From assembly GCA_049517435.1 (NCBI GenBank), contig JBEKRZ010000001.1, positions 409 through 64,408 on the forward strand: 64,000 nt of DNA. Reading direction: 5' to 3'. A program made the translations under genes and the position numbers. Under the pieces are notes generated by a model. It was given only the letters and a program-made list of their open reading frames with translations. It had not been told where the DNA came from and made no database searches. Source of the stretch: Smithella sp. (GTDB lineage: Bacteria; Desulfobacterota; Syntrophia; Syntrophales; Smithellaceae). The first letter of the stretch is position 1. Every line of letters begins with the position of its first letter. Of this stretch, positions 29,972 to 40,262 are shown in pieces.

Positions 29972-31450
29972 TTATTTCAGGGAAGACACTTTTCTTCTTA
30001 TCCATACAAAAAAATTTCTCAGCCAGATTATTTCCTGAAGTGTCAGACATTTAAACCAATAACATATTAAAAGCAGGATTGCAAAAGATCCCAAAACAGA
30101 AACTACCGGACCAGCAAAACGCATAGCATAAAACACTAAAGCAGCGGAAACGACAGCTACACCAGGTTTTAGAAGAGCAGAGCGCAGATCAATCGCGATA
30201 TAATTGCGTAATAAAAACATAAAATAAAGGGCGGTCAGAGACATCGCCGCCGCCGCGCTTATTATCGCGCCTACAGCGTTATATCTAATCGCCGCTACTG
30301 AAATGGTTAGCGCAAAAGCAATTGCCCCAAGCAACGAGCCCAGAAATATTTGCAAGTCTTTTTTCCCCGCCTGCAATACGCTGTTTAAAACCTGACGCAT
30401 TGTAAACGGAATTATCAGCCACAATACCGGCCCAATCAAATTGCCGGCCTGAGCATAACGGGCTCCGAATATTTTAACTGTCAGCCAGGGAGCAAATGCT
30501 GTGCCCAACAAGGCCATCGAGCACCCAAACAGTACCGAAAAGCGAATCATCGTTTCCGCATAAACACGGTCTTTTCCATCTCTCCTGATTGCCGACCTGC
30601 TCAGGACTGGAATAGAGGCGCCGCTCAGGGCAAGCGGAATATTGGAAAGAACAAATAAAGCCTGCATGGCCAAAGCAAGTTGTCCAAGAACATCGCCGGA
30701 AGAAGCTACATGACGAAAAAATACTAAAGGCCCCTGATAGGGAATGGCCATCAAAAGCATGGAAACTCCCAGAGGGAATCCTTGCATAAAGATACGCCTC
30801 ATATCTTTGAGTTTAACATTCAGTCGTAAAACCAGTACACGGCGATTTATTATTATCAACCCGTAAACGGCATCACAACACCAGACGAATCCATGAACCG
30901 CAACCACCGGCAGAGCTTTCTTCCAGATAAAAATTACAACAAGACCGAGGGCGATTTCCAGAGAACGAAAAATTGCTTCTTGACGTAAGGAATATTGGTT
31001 GCATTCATAGGCGGTGTAAACACTTCCTGTCCAAGCAGACAGCGAACGGCCGATTAGCGCAAAAGCAAAAACAAGGACAATAGAACGGGACGCCGGGTCC
31101 GTCTCAAAAAACAGAGAAAGAATGATGTATGCGGCGGTTGTCACAATGATTGATGCAATACTAAGAGCCAGAGTAACCGTTGCCGTATGATCGCCTTTCT
31201 GTCGGCTTCTTCCGGCATCTCTGCTTAAAACTGTCGCCATGCCCATTTTGGTAAGGGGCAGAAACAACAAATACCAGGCTATCCCATAACTTATCATGCC
31301 GTAGATTTGAGGGCCCAAAACTCTTGCAATAATAATAATATAGAAAAAGCGCGTAATAAAATACACGCCTTGCCCGCTAAGCAGGTAGATTAAGTTTCTG
31401 GCTATGGAAGCGACGCCTCGGCCATCAATTGTGGGTGTTGATTTGGGCAA
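29972..31450 (-). CDS. Polysaccharide flippase (Wzx / MOP superfamily).
   Basis: It has about 12-14 TM segments, and its N-terminus (ARNLIYLLSGQGVYFITRFF) is typical of polysaccharide biosynthesis protein family members. Confidence 0.75.
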   Translation of the reverse strand: MPKSTPTIDGRGVASIARNLIYLLSGQGVYFITRFFYIIIIARVLGPQIYGMISYGIAWYLLFLPLTKMGMATVLSRDAGRSRQKGDHTATVTLALSIASIIVTTAAYIILSLFFETDPASRSIVLVFAFALIGRSLSAWTGSVYTAYECNQYSLRQEAIFRSLEIALGLVVIFIWKKALPVVAVHGFVWCCDAVYGLIIINRRVLVLRLNVKLKDMRRIFMQGFPLGVSMLLMAIPYQGPLVFFRHVASSGDVLGQLALAMQALFVLSNIPLALSGASIPVLSRSAIRRDGKDRVYAETMIRFSVLFGCSMALLGTAFAPWLTVKIFGARYAQAGNLIGPVLWLIIPFTMRQVLNSVLQAGKKDLQIFLGSLLGAIAFALTISVAAIRYNAVGAIISAAAAMSLTALYFMFLLRNYIAIDLRSALLKPGVAVVSAALVFYAMRFAGPVVSVLGSFAILLLICYWFKCLTLQEIIWLRNFFVWIRRKVSSLK

Positions 31451-31489
31451 TTAATATTATCCTTTTTTTACTAAAATCATGGAAGCCAT

Positions 31490-32410
31490 TCAATAATAGA
31501 TTCTGCCTGATAATTTTTTCAACTTATTAATCGTTTCTCCGGAAATACAACGTCGGCTGCGCATTGCCCGAGGCCACCCCGCCAGCGCGTCTTTAACACC
31601 TTGAATAAAATAAATCAGATGCCGATGTCGAAGTGACAAGATAAAATAATATCCCCACCATAAAAACGTATACGGAACAGCATATCGCCAGGGCAGGTTT
31701 CTCAAGGCAATCCAAAACCGGCTTCGCATGCCGAAATATATCCATTTCCCCTGAATCCTCGCCTGAGGCGTTTCATAATGAATAACGGATATCGCAGAGG
31801 AACGCAAAATTTTATATCCTTTGTCCAACATGCGATAACTGAAATCCAGTTCTTCACCGATAAAAAACAGATGCTCCCAGAACATCCCTATTTTCAAAAA
31901 AATCTCACGTTTGACAGCAAAACCGGCGCCGCAGAAATAACTACACTCATAATCTTCATTGATGATTTTTTTGTCCGCTCTGGGAATGCTTTTGTATTCT
32001 TCTAAACCATCGCTAGGCTTCACAATTCTAAAGGCAATACACCCCAAACTGCTATCGGATTGTAAATACGAAACCAACCGGTTAAGTACTTCCACGTCCG
32101 CAAAAATCGCGTCGTCATCAAGAAAAACGCAGAACTCTCCTGTGGACATCTGCACGCCGTAATTTCTTCCGCCCGGAACACCAAGATTCTTACTGAGATA
32201 AAAATATCGCACATAAGGAAACATGCTTTGAACCATATCTCCCGTTCCGTCAGTTGAAGCATTATCCACCACAATAATTTCATAATCAGCGAATTTCTGA
32301 AGGAGAATAGATTCCAGACATCTCCTTAAAAGCTCCTTTCGGTTCATAGTGACCAGTATTAAGCTGATCAGAGGTTTATTCTTAATGACTTCTTTTTTGC
32401 ACTTGTTCAT
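31490..32410 (-). CDS. Glycosyltransferase family 2.
   Basis: It has ISLILVTMNR, VVDNASTDGT and FLDDDA (DxD) motifs. Confidence 0.8.
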   Translation of the reverse strand: MNKCKKEVIKNKPLISLILVTMNRKELLRRCLESILLQKFADYEIIVVDNASTDGTGDMVQSMFPYVRYFYLSKNLGVPGGRNYGVQMSTGEFCVFLDDDAIFADVEVLNRLVSYLQSDSSLGCIAFRIVKPSDGLEEYKSIPRADKKIINEDYECSYFCGAGFAVKREIFLKIGMFWEHLFFIGEELDFSYRMLDKGYKILRSSAISVIHYETPQARIQGKWIYFGMRSRFWIALRNLPWRYAVPYTFLWWGYYFILSLRHRHLIYFIQGVKDALAGWPRAMRSRRCISGETINKLKKLSGRIYY

Positions 32411-32412
32411 AA

Positions 32413-33444
32413 TTAATAAAGCAAACGGATTTTTGATTTAAAACTTAATCGAACCGCACGTGCAAAAATAATTTGCAACCAGAGCAGTGATTCCGGCAGT
32501 GAAATAAAAAAACTTAAAACACGAAGTTTCCAATCATTTCTGTTTTTACGGATAAACTCCTTAAGGCGGGCGCTACAGAATTCTTTCAGAAGAACATTTC
32601 TTTCAGAAGTATCCTGACGGATCATGCAGCGCACCCATAAGACACTTGCGTAATAGGCATGTTGACCACCAATGATTCGGCGGTATTTTTCATCTTTTAC
32701 GAAATTTAGTGTGGACAAAATCTGCCCAAACGAACGTATTCTTTCTTGTGTACCGTGAATGGATTTATCCGTCTCTAGCGAGGCATGCCTGTAACGTCTG
32801 CAATAACCTTCAAAATGCATATAACCAACACGTTGAGCCCGAATCATACACATATAAAAGAAAAAGTAATCTTCACCGGTAAGAGAATCGCCAAACTTCA
32901 GATCGTTTTCAACGATAAATTCCCGGCGATATATTTTCATGCCCGGTTGTTGAATACGCCCGCCGGTGCGCCCTATCCAATAAAGTCCCGGAGCAATATG
33001 GTTTTCATCTTTCTCATCAAGATTAAAATAAAATTTATCATACCAACGCCTTATTTTACCGTCATCTTCAAACGATCTGCCGTTGAAGATGATTATATCG
33101 CCTGCATTGCGACATATTCGATTATACGCGGTCTTTACAACATCCGCCGTAAAAACGTCATCGGAATCAAGAAACATTATATGATCAGCCTTAGCCATCC
33201 GCATGGCATCGTTTCTGGCGGCCGACGCGCCTTGATTTGCCTTGTCCAGAATAATGATTCTGTCATCTTGCTCCGAATATCGTCGAATTATTTCGAGACT
33301 TCCATCTATTGAGCCGTCATTGACGACAATAATTTCCATCTCCGGGATTTCTTGATTGATAACGGAATCAAGACATTCGGCCAGATAGGCTGCCGTATTG
33401 TAAACAGGAATAATTACGCTGACCATTGGCATCGTTTTTTTCAT
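32413..33444 (-). CDS. Glycosyltransferase family 2.
   Basis: The start is re-set to the ATG at 33444 (MKKTMPMVSVIIPVYNTAAYLAECLDSV), which forms an ATGA overlap with the upstream gene's stop. It has VVNDGSIDGS and LDSDD motifs. The longer ORF-track N-terminus lies inside the upstream gene. Confidence 0.8.
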   Translation of the reverse strand: MKKTMPMVSVIIPVYNTAAYLAECLDSVINQEIPEMEIIVVNDGSIDGSLEIIRRYSEQDDRIIILDKANQGASAARNDAMRMAKADHIMFLDSDDVFTADVVKTAYNRICRNAGDIIIFNGRSFEDDGKIRRWYDKFYFNLDEKDENHIAPGLYWIGRTGGRIQQPGMKIYRREFIVENDLKFGDSLTGEDYFFFYMCMIRAQRVGYMHFEGYCRRYRHASLETDKSIHGTQERIRSFGQILSTLNFVKDEKYRRIIGGQHAYYASVLWVRCMIRQDTSERNVLLKEFCSARLKEFIRKNRNDWKLRVLSFFISLPESLLWLQIIFARAVRLSFKSKIRLLY

Positions 33445-34442
33445 ATCGCCTCTCCACGCCGGAAATTCAATGAAGAAATATACCCGGCCGCTCTGGCAAA
33501 ATGCATCGAAACGATCAGAGCAGGAACCAACATAACAAGAATCGCTCGTTTTTTCTTTATTGCTCCTATGACTCCAGTCATCAAAGCGGCCAAGATATAA
33601 AGAACGTATGTAAAACCAAAAATAATCTTTAAGTGGGGAAGTATCACGGACGCAACGCCCAGAATGGGAGCACCAACAAACACAGCTACCAAAGTTAAAT
33701 GAGGAGCGCGATGGATACCCATTTGCCTGCATATGCGCGCCATCGCCATGTTGCGTCTTACAAATGAAGCATATGTAGTGTCGCGGCTGTGCTCCACGCG
33801 CACGTGCGGCGCATACACCACTTTTCCCCCGCGTGCCTTGATCCTTTTCGCCAATTCGACATCCTCGTGAACAGAAATGGCCGGATTAAAAATCAACCCT
33901 CCACCCGAACCATCCAATGCCACTCTTTTCGCGGCGTCCGCTATAACAGTCATATTCCAGAGCTTGGGATAATAATCTCCCCATTTCATTCGACGGTCGG
34001 ACCGTGTCCCTCCTGTTCCCATCCATGAATTCAAGACTACATCGAGGGCAAGGTCAAATTCGGAAGCGCCATCCGTCAAAAAGTCCGATCCACCTAAAAT
34101 ATAAGCATCAGGATATTCCAGAAGAGATCTTTCAACGTTTATCAGCCAATCAGAAGGACAAACGCAGTCGTCGTCTGCAAACACCCATACCTGACCATTG
34201 GCTGAAGCGCAGGCGGCATTGAGAATTTCGGAACGATTACCGCCGCAATAAATGATTTGCCATCCCCGCCCGCCAAGGTCGGATTCGGCAATGCTTTTCA
34301 TCATTTCTTTTTGACCAGCGATAATCACCTCAAACCCTCCTCCAGGCGAATTGACATTGGTCAGTGACTTTACCGCTTTGGCAAGAAATTCCCCTCCGTG
34401 ACAAACTGGCACAATAACGCTGTATCTGGAAGGATTAATCAT
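33441..34442 (-). CDS. GT2-like glycosyltransferase with a C-terminal membrane domain.
   Basis: It has YSVIVPV, FADDDC (DxD) and a VHEDVEL motif, followed by three C-terminal TM helices. Confidence 0.7.
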   Translation of the reverse strand: MINPSRYSVIVPVCHGGEFLAKAVKSLTNVNSPGGGFEVIIAGQKEMMKSIAESDLGGRGWQIIYCGGNRSEILNAACASANGQVWVFADDDCVCPSDWLINVERSLLEYPDAYILGGSDFLTDGASEFDLALDVVLNSWMGTGGTRSDRRMKWGDYYPKLWNMTVIADAAKRVALDGSGGGLIFNPAISVHEDVELAKRIKARGGKVVYAPHVRVEHSRDTTYASFVRRNMAMARICRQMGIHRAPHLTLVAVFVGAPILGVASVILPHLKIIFGFTYVLYILAALMTGVIGAIKKKRAILVMLVPALIVSMHFARAAGYISSLNFRRGEAI

Positions 34443-35557
34443 TTAACTTTTCCAATAACCTGACGTTCCACATTGCAATCATCCACAACGCTGTTTTTAT
34501 AGGTGCAGTTACGGCATAAATAAAAATCATTATTGCCGAGATTAAAGGCTTTTCGAAAATCCATTCCTGCATGGCTCTTCCATGCTTTTAAAACGCCCAT
34601 TTCGTTTATATTGCCGAAGGAATGTTTATTAAGATAATCATATTCACAGGGAATCACTTCGCCCATAGCATCCAGCGTAACACGCTTCCAGGGACGCATA
34701 CAAACAAACTGTTTTTGTTTCCTTTGAAACGTATCCTTATAATATTCATATCTCCTGTAACTGTTTTTCTCAGGAGCGTAAATTTTATCCAGATCAGATC
34801 CCGTCTTTGGGTGCATATCCACTGTTTTAAGCGTAAAATAATCCACACCAAGTTTTTGCGCTAATTCGCGCGCCTGCGGAATTTCGGACTCATTATGACG
34901 CATGACAACAAAACGCATATTGACAACCGGAGAGAGAGCGCCTTTCAATGATCGGATGCGGATAATTTTTTGAATATTCGACAAAACAATATCCAGCCGT
35001 CCACTCTGCCGGTATTGTTCGTAAGTCTTTTGCGTGGCGCCGTCCACCGCAACAACCAGGGAATCAAGCCCTGAATCAACCAGCTCTTCTGTTTGCGCAT
35101 CATCAAGTGGGACATTACCGTTGGTGCTGGTGTGCACGATAATACCTTTTCTTTTCGCGTAAGCGATCATGCGGAACAAATCGGGATTAAGAAAAGGTTC
35201 TCCCCAATTCCAGAAGATAAGCTGCAGAAGATAATCACCGCATTCGTCAATGAACCGCTGGAATGTTTCGAAAGGCAAAAGGGCGGGAGGCCTTGATTTA
35301 TTCATGGACGAAGTCAAACAAATTGGACATTTCAAATTACAGTAATTGGCCGGCTCTACCTGTGCTATTACAGGATAACCAAGAGGGTGCGCGGGCAGAA
35401 GATACTGGTTAAGACCGGCAACGAAAAAATTAGCCGCTTTACCGGAACGAATTCCGCCAGCGCTGTAAGGCAGCATCTCGAATTCAAAATCAAATTTACC
35501 TTTCAGCAGCAGTGATGGTATTTGCGGCAGCACGTCACCTAGGTTAAATATTTTCAT
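34439..35557 (-). CDS. Radical SAM protein with a C-terminal SPASM-type auxiliary cluster domain.
   Basis: It has a CNLKCPIC (CX3CX2C) motif, a GEPFLNP glycine-rich SAM motif, and a C-terminal Cys set (CMRPW...CEYD...CRNC). Its stop and start overlap the neighbouring genes. Confidence 0.8.
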   Translation of the reverse strand: MKIFNLGDVLPQIPSLLLKGKFDFEFEMLPYSAGGIRSGKAANFFVAGLNQYLLPAHPLGYPVIAQVEPANYCNLKCPICLTSSMNKSRPPALLPFETFQRFIDECGDYLLQLIFWNWGEPFLNPDLFRMIAYAKRKGIIVHTSTNGNVPLDDAQTEELVDSGLDSLVVAVDGATQKTYEQYRQSGRLDIVLSNIQKIIRIRSLKGALSPVVNMRFVVMRHNESEIPQARELAQKLGVDYFTLKTVDMHPKTGSDLDKIYAPEKNSYRRYEYYKDTFQRKQKQFVCMRPWKRVTLDAMGEVIPCEYDYLNKHSFGNINEMGVLKAWKSHAGMDFRKAFNLGNNDFYLCRNCTYKNSVVDDCNVERQVIGKVK

Positions 35558-36510
35558 TTATTTTCTCTTTTGAGCCAGGAACTCAAGTCTCTGCCGATAT
35601 ATTCCTGCAGTTTTAAAATATCATCGCGATAGAACCGCCTGAGTTGTTGTTCAATTTCCGAGTCCATGGGCAGCGGTTTTTGCATATTCATGTCGCGAAT
35701 ACGATCTCGCAGGCGAATCCATTGATCCTCGCCTAATATCGCTTTGCCAATCAAGCGAACGACTTTGTGTAGCATAGTGGTTTTATTGAAAAAATTATTT
35801 AAAAGACTCCAGCGGGGAATGCTGGAAACATTGTGTCTGCGTTGTATATGCGGAACGAAGCCGGGATCAACGTCAAGAAACGCGTATAAGGATTGAATAA
35901 ACGTAATTGCATCGCGCATAAAGTCGTCGTATATAAAAACTTTTACCCGGCTGAAATTCTCCTGAAAAGCGCGTACCTGCTGAGCATACAAGCCACCTTC
36001 CCGATATTGCCATAAAAACGAGTATTTATCCCTCCTGCGTTGTTCCTCCGCAATCAAAGCATCCTTAAAGGACAGTTTTTCGCGTCCATCCCGCACCAAA
36101 TGATTATAGGCGGAATAGGCACGTTTAACCGGATTTCTTAGAATGATAATGATCCGGGGATCACCAAGATAGCTTTTAATGGCCGGTATGGTCCGTTCAA
36201 AATAGAAAATTGTGTCCACGCTGGCCTCGCCCACCGCTTTCTTGCCGGTGTTTATTTTAAACAGTCTAACATAATCATCAAATGAACCAACGCCTCCTAC
36301 ATATTTCTTAAGTCTAGGATCCTCGTCGCCTGGACCTTTGCCCGGATTAGCCGCGCGATTGCTAAAAAAACTCGGCTCCTTAACCGGACTCATGAATACA
36401 TCAGGATGCTGCTTGAGGTAGTAGTAAAGAGACGATGTTCCGCATTTGGCAGCTCCAACAATCAGGAAGTTAGGTAGAATCAATCCGTTTTGTTTTATTT
36501 TGCTACCCAA
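35554..36510 (-). CDS. PAPS-dependent sulfotransferase.
   Basis: It has a 5'-PSB loop (VGAAKCGTSSLYYYL) and a 3'-PB region (RNPVKRAYSAYNH), typical of the Sulfotransfer_1/3 families. Confidence 0.8.
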   Translation of the reverse strand: MGSKIKQNGLILPNFLIVGAAKCGTSSLYYYLKQHPDVFMSPVKEPSFFSNRAANPGKGPGDEDPRLKKYVGGVGSFDDYVRLFKINTGKKAVGEASVDTIFYFERTIPAIKSYLGDPRIIIILRNPVKRAYSAYNHLVRDGREKLSFKDALIAEEQRRRDKYSFLWQYREGGLYAQQVRAFQENFSRVKVFIYDDFMRDAITFIQSLYAFLDVDPGFVPHIQRRHNVSSIPRWSLLNNFFNKTTMLHKVVRLIGKAILGEDQWIRLRDRIRDMNMQKPLPMDSEIEQQLRRFYRDDILKLQEYIGRDLSSWLKRENK

Positions 36511-36633
36511 TAAAAATCACCTTTCTATTTTATACTTCGGCCGCTTCGGTAAGTCAGTGATATTCCACGTAGGATCGCAGACAACCTGTTGAAAATATTC
36601 CTATCACATATTAAGTTAGGATTCAGCCATTTT

Positions 36634-38562
36634 TTATTTATTCTCGATTAATCGGGAATATTTTTTGGGGATTAAGGAATTACTGATTAGAAACTCTTCC
36701 AGCATATCAACACATTTTTGCACGTCGTATTTTTCAGTATCGATGATTAATTCCGGCGCCTCGGGAATTTCGTAGGGCGAAGTCAGTCCCGTAAAATCTT
36801 TGATTAATCCTGAGTGCGCTTTTTCATACAATCCATTCGGATCACGCCGTTGGCATTCATCAATATTACAACGAACATGAATTTCAATGAATCTTCCCTC
36901 GGGGAAAAGACTTCTCACAAAACCCCTGTCTTGTTTAAATGGCGAGATAAACGTACACAGGACAATATTGCCTTGCTCGAAAAATAATTTCGCGACTTCC
37001 CCGGCCCGGCGAATGTTTTCTTTTCTATCCGAAACGGAAAAACCAAGATCAGAACAAAGGCCGTGCCGGACATTATCGCCGTCCAACAACGCTGTTCTGC
37101 CGTTTCGATTAAACAACCTTTTTTCCAGAGCCATCGCGATTGTTGATTTACCGGAACCGGATAAGCCTGTAAACCACAGCACTACAGCCTTATGAACATT
37201 TTGCCTCTCTCTTTCGGCAAGTTCTATATTTAATCCCCGCCATATCGTATGCGGTGAATTTTTAGTTTTAGCGCCAGCGGGTTGTTCTGTTTCCACGTAG
37301 TCTTCAATATTTCTGGCGACACCTCTAATCATTCCGGCGGCAACCGTGTTGTTGGTCAGAGGATCAATCAAAATAAAACTGCCGGTAGCATGGTTTAATT
37401 TATAAGGATCAAAGAAAATCGGCGTCAGAGTGTTTATCTCGACTCTGCCGATATCATTGAGTGAAAAATTATCGGTAGTCCGGCGGTGCAACGTATCGAC
37501 ATCTATCTTGTAAATTATCCTGGTAATATGAGCTTTGACGGATCTGGTCGTGTGTTTGAGAATATATGGTTCGGCCATGGTCATGGGTTTTTCATCCATC
37601 CAGCAAATCATGGCTTCCAGGCGATTTTCAATCTGAGGCAGATTTTTCTTCCGGACAATCATATCTCCCCGGCTGACATCAACCTCATCATTCAGGGATA
37701 GAACAACCGATTGCGGACAAAAGGCTTCCCGCGACTCACCTTCATAAGTCGTTATGGATTTGACGGAAGTCGATTTACCTGAAGGCAACACGACAACTTC
37801 CTCTCCAGGAGTGATAGTTCCCGAAACGATTTTCCCCGCGAAACCGCGAAAATCAAGGTGCGGACGGATGACATACTGAACAGGGAAACGAAAGTCCACC
37901 AGATTGCGGTCCGCCGTCACATGGATGTTTTCCAGATAGTGCAGCAGAGTCGTACCGTCATACCAGGGCATTTTCTTGCTCTTGACGACAGCATTATCCC
38001 CTTTGAGAGCGGATACGGGAATATAAACAATATCGTGAATATCAAGTTTCTGGGAAAATTTTTCATACTCTTCAACAATACGGTTGAAAACATCATTCGC
38101 GTAATCAACCAGATCCATTTTGTTCACCGCGACAATCAGATGCGGAATCTGCAAAAGAGAGATAATGAATCCGTGTCTCTTCGACTGAGTTAAAACGCCG
38201 TTGCGGGCGTCGATCAAAATAACGGCGCAATCAGCCTTGGAAGCGCCCGTCACCATGTTTCTGGTGTACTGCACATGGCCCGGAGTATCGGTAATGACAA
38301 ACTTCCTTTTGGGAGTTTCAAAATAACGGTAAGCAACGTCTATTGTAATGCCTTGTTCCCGCTCCGCCGTCAATCCGTCCAGAAGATAAGCCAGCTCAAT
38401 CTCTTTTAATCCCTTTTTCCTGGAAGTTTTTTCGATTGCCGCGAACTGGTCATCATAGATGGATTTTGTTTCATATAACAATCTGCCAATCAGGGTTGAC
38501 TTGCCGTCATCAACACTGCCGGTGGTGGTAAAGCGCAGCAAAGATTTTTCGCTCGAATACAC
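36634..38562 (-). CDS. cysNC: Bifunctional sulfate adenylyltransferase subunit 1 / adenylylsulfate (APS) kinase.
   Basis: The GTPase motifs are GSVDDGKSTLIGRLL, DTPGH and NKMD. The C-terminal APS kinase has a P-loop (FTGLSGSGKST). Confidence 0.92.
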   Translation of the reverse strand: MYSSEKSLLRFTTTGSVDDGKSTLIGRLLYETKSIYDDQFAAIEKTSRKKGLKEIELAYLLDGLTAEREQGITIDVAYRYFETPKRKFVITDTPGHVQYTRNMVTGASKADCAVILIDARNGVLTQSKRHGFIISLLQIPHLIVAVNKMDLVDYANDVFNRIVEEYEKFSQKLDIHDIVYIPVSALKGDNAVVKSKKMPWYDGTTLLHYLENIHVTADRNLVDFRFPVQYVIRPHLDFRGFAGKIVSGTITPGEEVVVLPSGKSTSVKSITTYEGESREAFCPQSVVLSLNDEVDVSRGDMIVRKKNLPQIENRLEAMICWMDEKPMTMAEPYILKHTTRSVKAHITRIIYKIDVDTLHRRTTDNFSLNDIGRVEINTLTPIFFDPYKLNHATGSFILIDPLTNNTVAAGMIRGVARNIEDYVETEQPAGAKTKNSPHTIWRGLNIELAERERQNVHKAVVLWFTGLSGSGKSTIAMALEKRLFNRNGRTALLDGDNVRHGLCSDLGFSVSDRKENIRRAGEVAKLFFEQGNIVLCTFISPFKQDRGFVRSLFPEGRFIEIHVRCNIDECQRRDPNGLYEKAHSGLIKDFTGLTSPYEIPEAPELIIDTEKYDVQKCVDMLEEFLISNSLIPKKYSRLIENK

Positions 38563-39464
38563 TAGAAATATCCTTCCTTCTTTTTCTGCTCCATGGAACT
38601 GTCAGAGGTCAAGTCAATCACACGGTTTTCTCTTTCCGATTTTTTCGCGGATCCGACTTCGCCGATAATTTCATCAATTGTCGTCGCAGATGAAGAGATG
38701 GCTCCCGTGCAGGGAATGCATCCCAGAGAGCGGAAACGGCATAAAACTGTTTTTACTTTTTTTCTATCACCGGCAAAATCTCTTCCAACGGGAATGAGAA
38801 TGCCTTTTTGCATAATTACTTTCCGCTGAAGAGCGAAATAAATCGGCACAACAGGAATCTGCTCCAGTTTGATATATTCCCAGATATCCCTCTCCGTCCA
38901 GTTGCTCAGGGGAAAAACACGTATGGTCTCTCCCTCATTGATGCGGGTGTTATATATATCCCAGAGCTCAGGCCGCTGATTCTTCGGATCCCACTGCCCA
39001 AAAGAATCCCGCAATGAAAAAACCCTTTCCTTGGCGCGGGATTTTTCCTCTTCCCTTCTTGCCCCGCCGAAGGCGGCGTCAAATCCGTACTTTCTGAGAG
39101 CATCCAGAAGAGCGCCTGTTTTTAGATAACTGCAGCATTTGTCCACGCCGCTTTTTTGTGGATGACAGCCCTGGGCAATCCACTCCTCATTTCTTTCCAC
39201 AATCAGGCGTGCTCCGATTTTGCGGCATAATTCTTCACGGAATTTATACATCTCCGGGAATTTGTAACCGGTATCAATGTGCATCAAAGGGAAAGAGAAT
39301 TTGCCAGGATAAAAAGCTTTCTGAGCCAGGCGCACCATCACGCTGGAATCCTTGCCCACCGAATACAGCATCACCGGATTTTTAAACTCGGCGGCAACTT
39401 CGCGCATGATGTGGATGGATTCCGATTCTAATTGCTTCAAATATGATAGATTGAAAGAAGTCAT
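38562..39464 (-). CDS. cysD: Sulfate adenylyltransferase subunit 2.
   Basis: It has a PAPS-reductase/ATP-PPase fold ([12 protein letters not shown]) and a C-terminal ...[12 protein letters not shown]. There is a one-nt overlap with the cysNC start. Confidence 0.92.
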   Translation of the reverse strand: MTSFNLSYLKQLESESIHIMREVAAEFKNPVMLYSVGKDSSVMVRLAQKAFYPGKFSFPLMHIDTGYKFPEMYKFREELCRKIGARLIVERNEEWIAQGCHPQKSGVDKCCSYLKTGALLDALRKYGFDAAFGGARREEEKSRAKERVFSLRDSFGQWDPKNQRPELWDIYNTRINEGETIRVFPLSNWTERDIWEYIKLEQIPVVPIYFALQRKVIMQKGILIPVGRDFAGDRKKVKTVLCRFRSLGCIPCTGAISSSATTIDEIIGEVGSAKKSERENRVIDLTSDSSMEQKKKEGYF

Positions 39465-39506
39465 GTATATCCTATGCCGTTACTTATTGATAACTCTTAT
39501 CCCCGA

Positions 39507-40262
39507 TTATCTAATCCACACCTTATAGATGACCCACAAGCCTTCAATCAAAACCAGTACACCCAAGCCTTTTTTCAGAATTTCTTTAGAGCCTATTTTA
39601 CTTAAAGCCATCGGACCGAAAAAACCGCCAACCGCTGATCCCACACACAGAGGAACAATTAAAGAAATCGATGGTGTGCCATTGAGCAGCAACCAGAGCA
39701 AAAAACTTAAGAGACAGATAGGAGCTTCAGCAAAGTCCGTCGATCCTATCGCGCCTTTTTCCGACCTGTCTTTGAAAACAAGCTGACCTCCGGCAACGAG
39801 CGGCCCGAATCCGCCACCCGATAAAGCTTTATTAAACGCGCTGATAAAACCGAGGGCGTATATTTTTTTTGATGTCATGATTAATGTTTTCCCCGATAGA
39901 ATCATTAACGCGATTACAATAACCAAAATGGCAATGTATGTATTCAGAATTTTCGGCGAGATCGATATGGAAATAAAGACACCGATAACGCAGGCAAATA
40001 CACCAAACCATATAAGTGTAGTGGTCACGTGATAATCAATTGTGCCTGTTTGAAAATTGGCGTTTTTTAACTGGTGATGTCTATATGATGCCACAAAACC
40101 GCCGGCAGCTTGAGAAATTAATATGGCCGGAACGACACTTTTAACATCATATCCGATAAGAATCAAAAAAGGTGAAAGGACTGTTCCATACATCATGCCC
40201 AATGCGCTATCTACAAATTCCATGACCATCGCAAAAATAACTAAGTAAAATGATTCCATCAA
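39507..40262 (-). CDS. TauE/SafE (DUF81) family anion permease, a putative sulfate/sulfite transporter.
   Basis: It has about 7-8 TM segments in a duplicated 4-TM pattern with glycine-rich motifs (ALGMMYGTVLSPFL; LSGGGFGPLVAGG). It lies directly upstream of cysD. Confidence 0.6.
   Translation of the reverse strand: MMESFYLVIFAMVMEFVDSALGMMYGTVLSPFLILIGYDVKSVVPAILISQAAGGFVASYRHHQLKNANFQTGTIDYHVTTTLIWFGVFACVIGVFISISISPKILNTYIAILVIVIALMILSGKTLIMTSKKIYALGFISAFNKALSGGGFGPLVAGGQLVFKDRSEKGAIGSTDFAEAPICLLSFLLWLLLNGTPSISLIVPLCVGSAVGGFFGPMALSKIGSKEILKKGLGVLVLIEGLWVIYKVWIR

Noticed and set aside
33445-33732. N-terminal 96 codons of track ORF 32413..33732.
   Set aside because: This extension lies entirely inside the upstream GT2-like gene (33441..34442) in another frame and has an implausible composition. 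The GT2 signature starts right after the internal ATG at 33444, which forms an ATGA overlap with the upstream stop.
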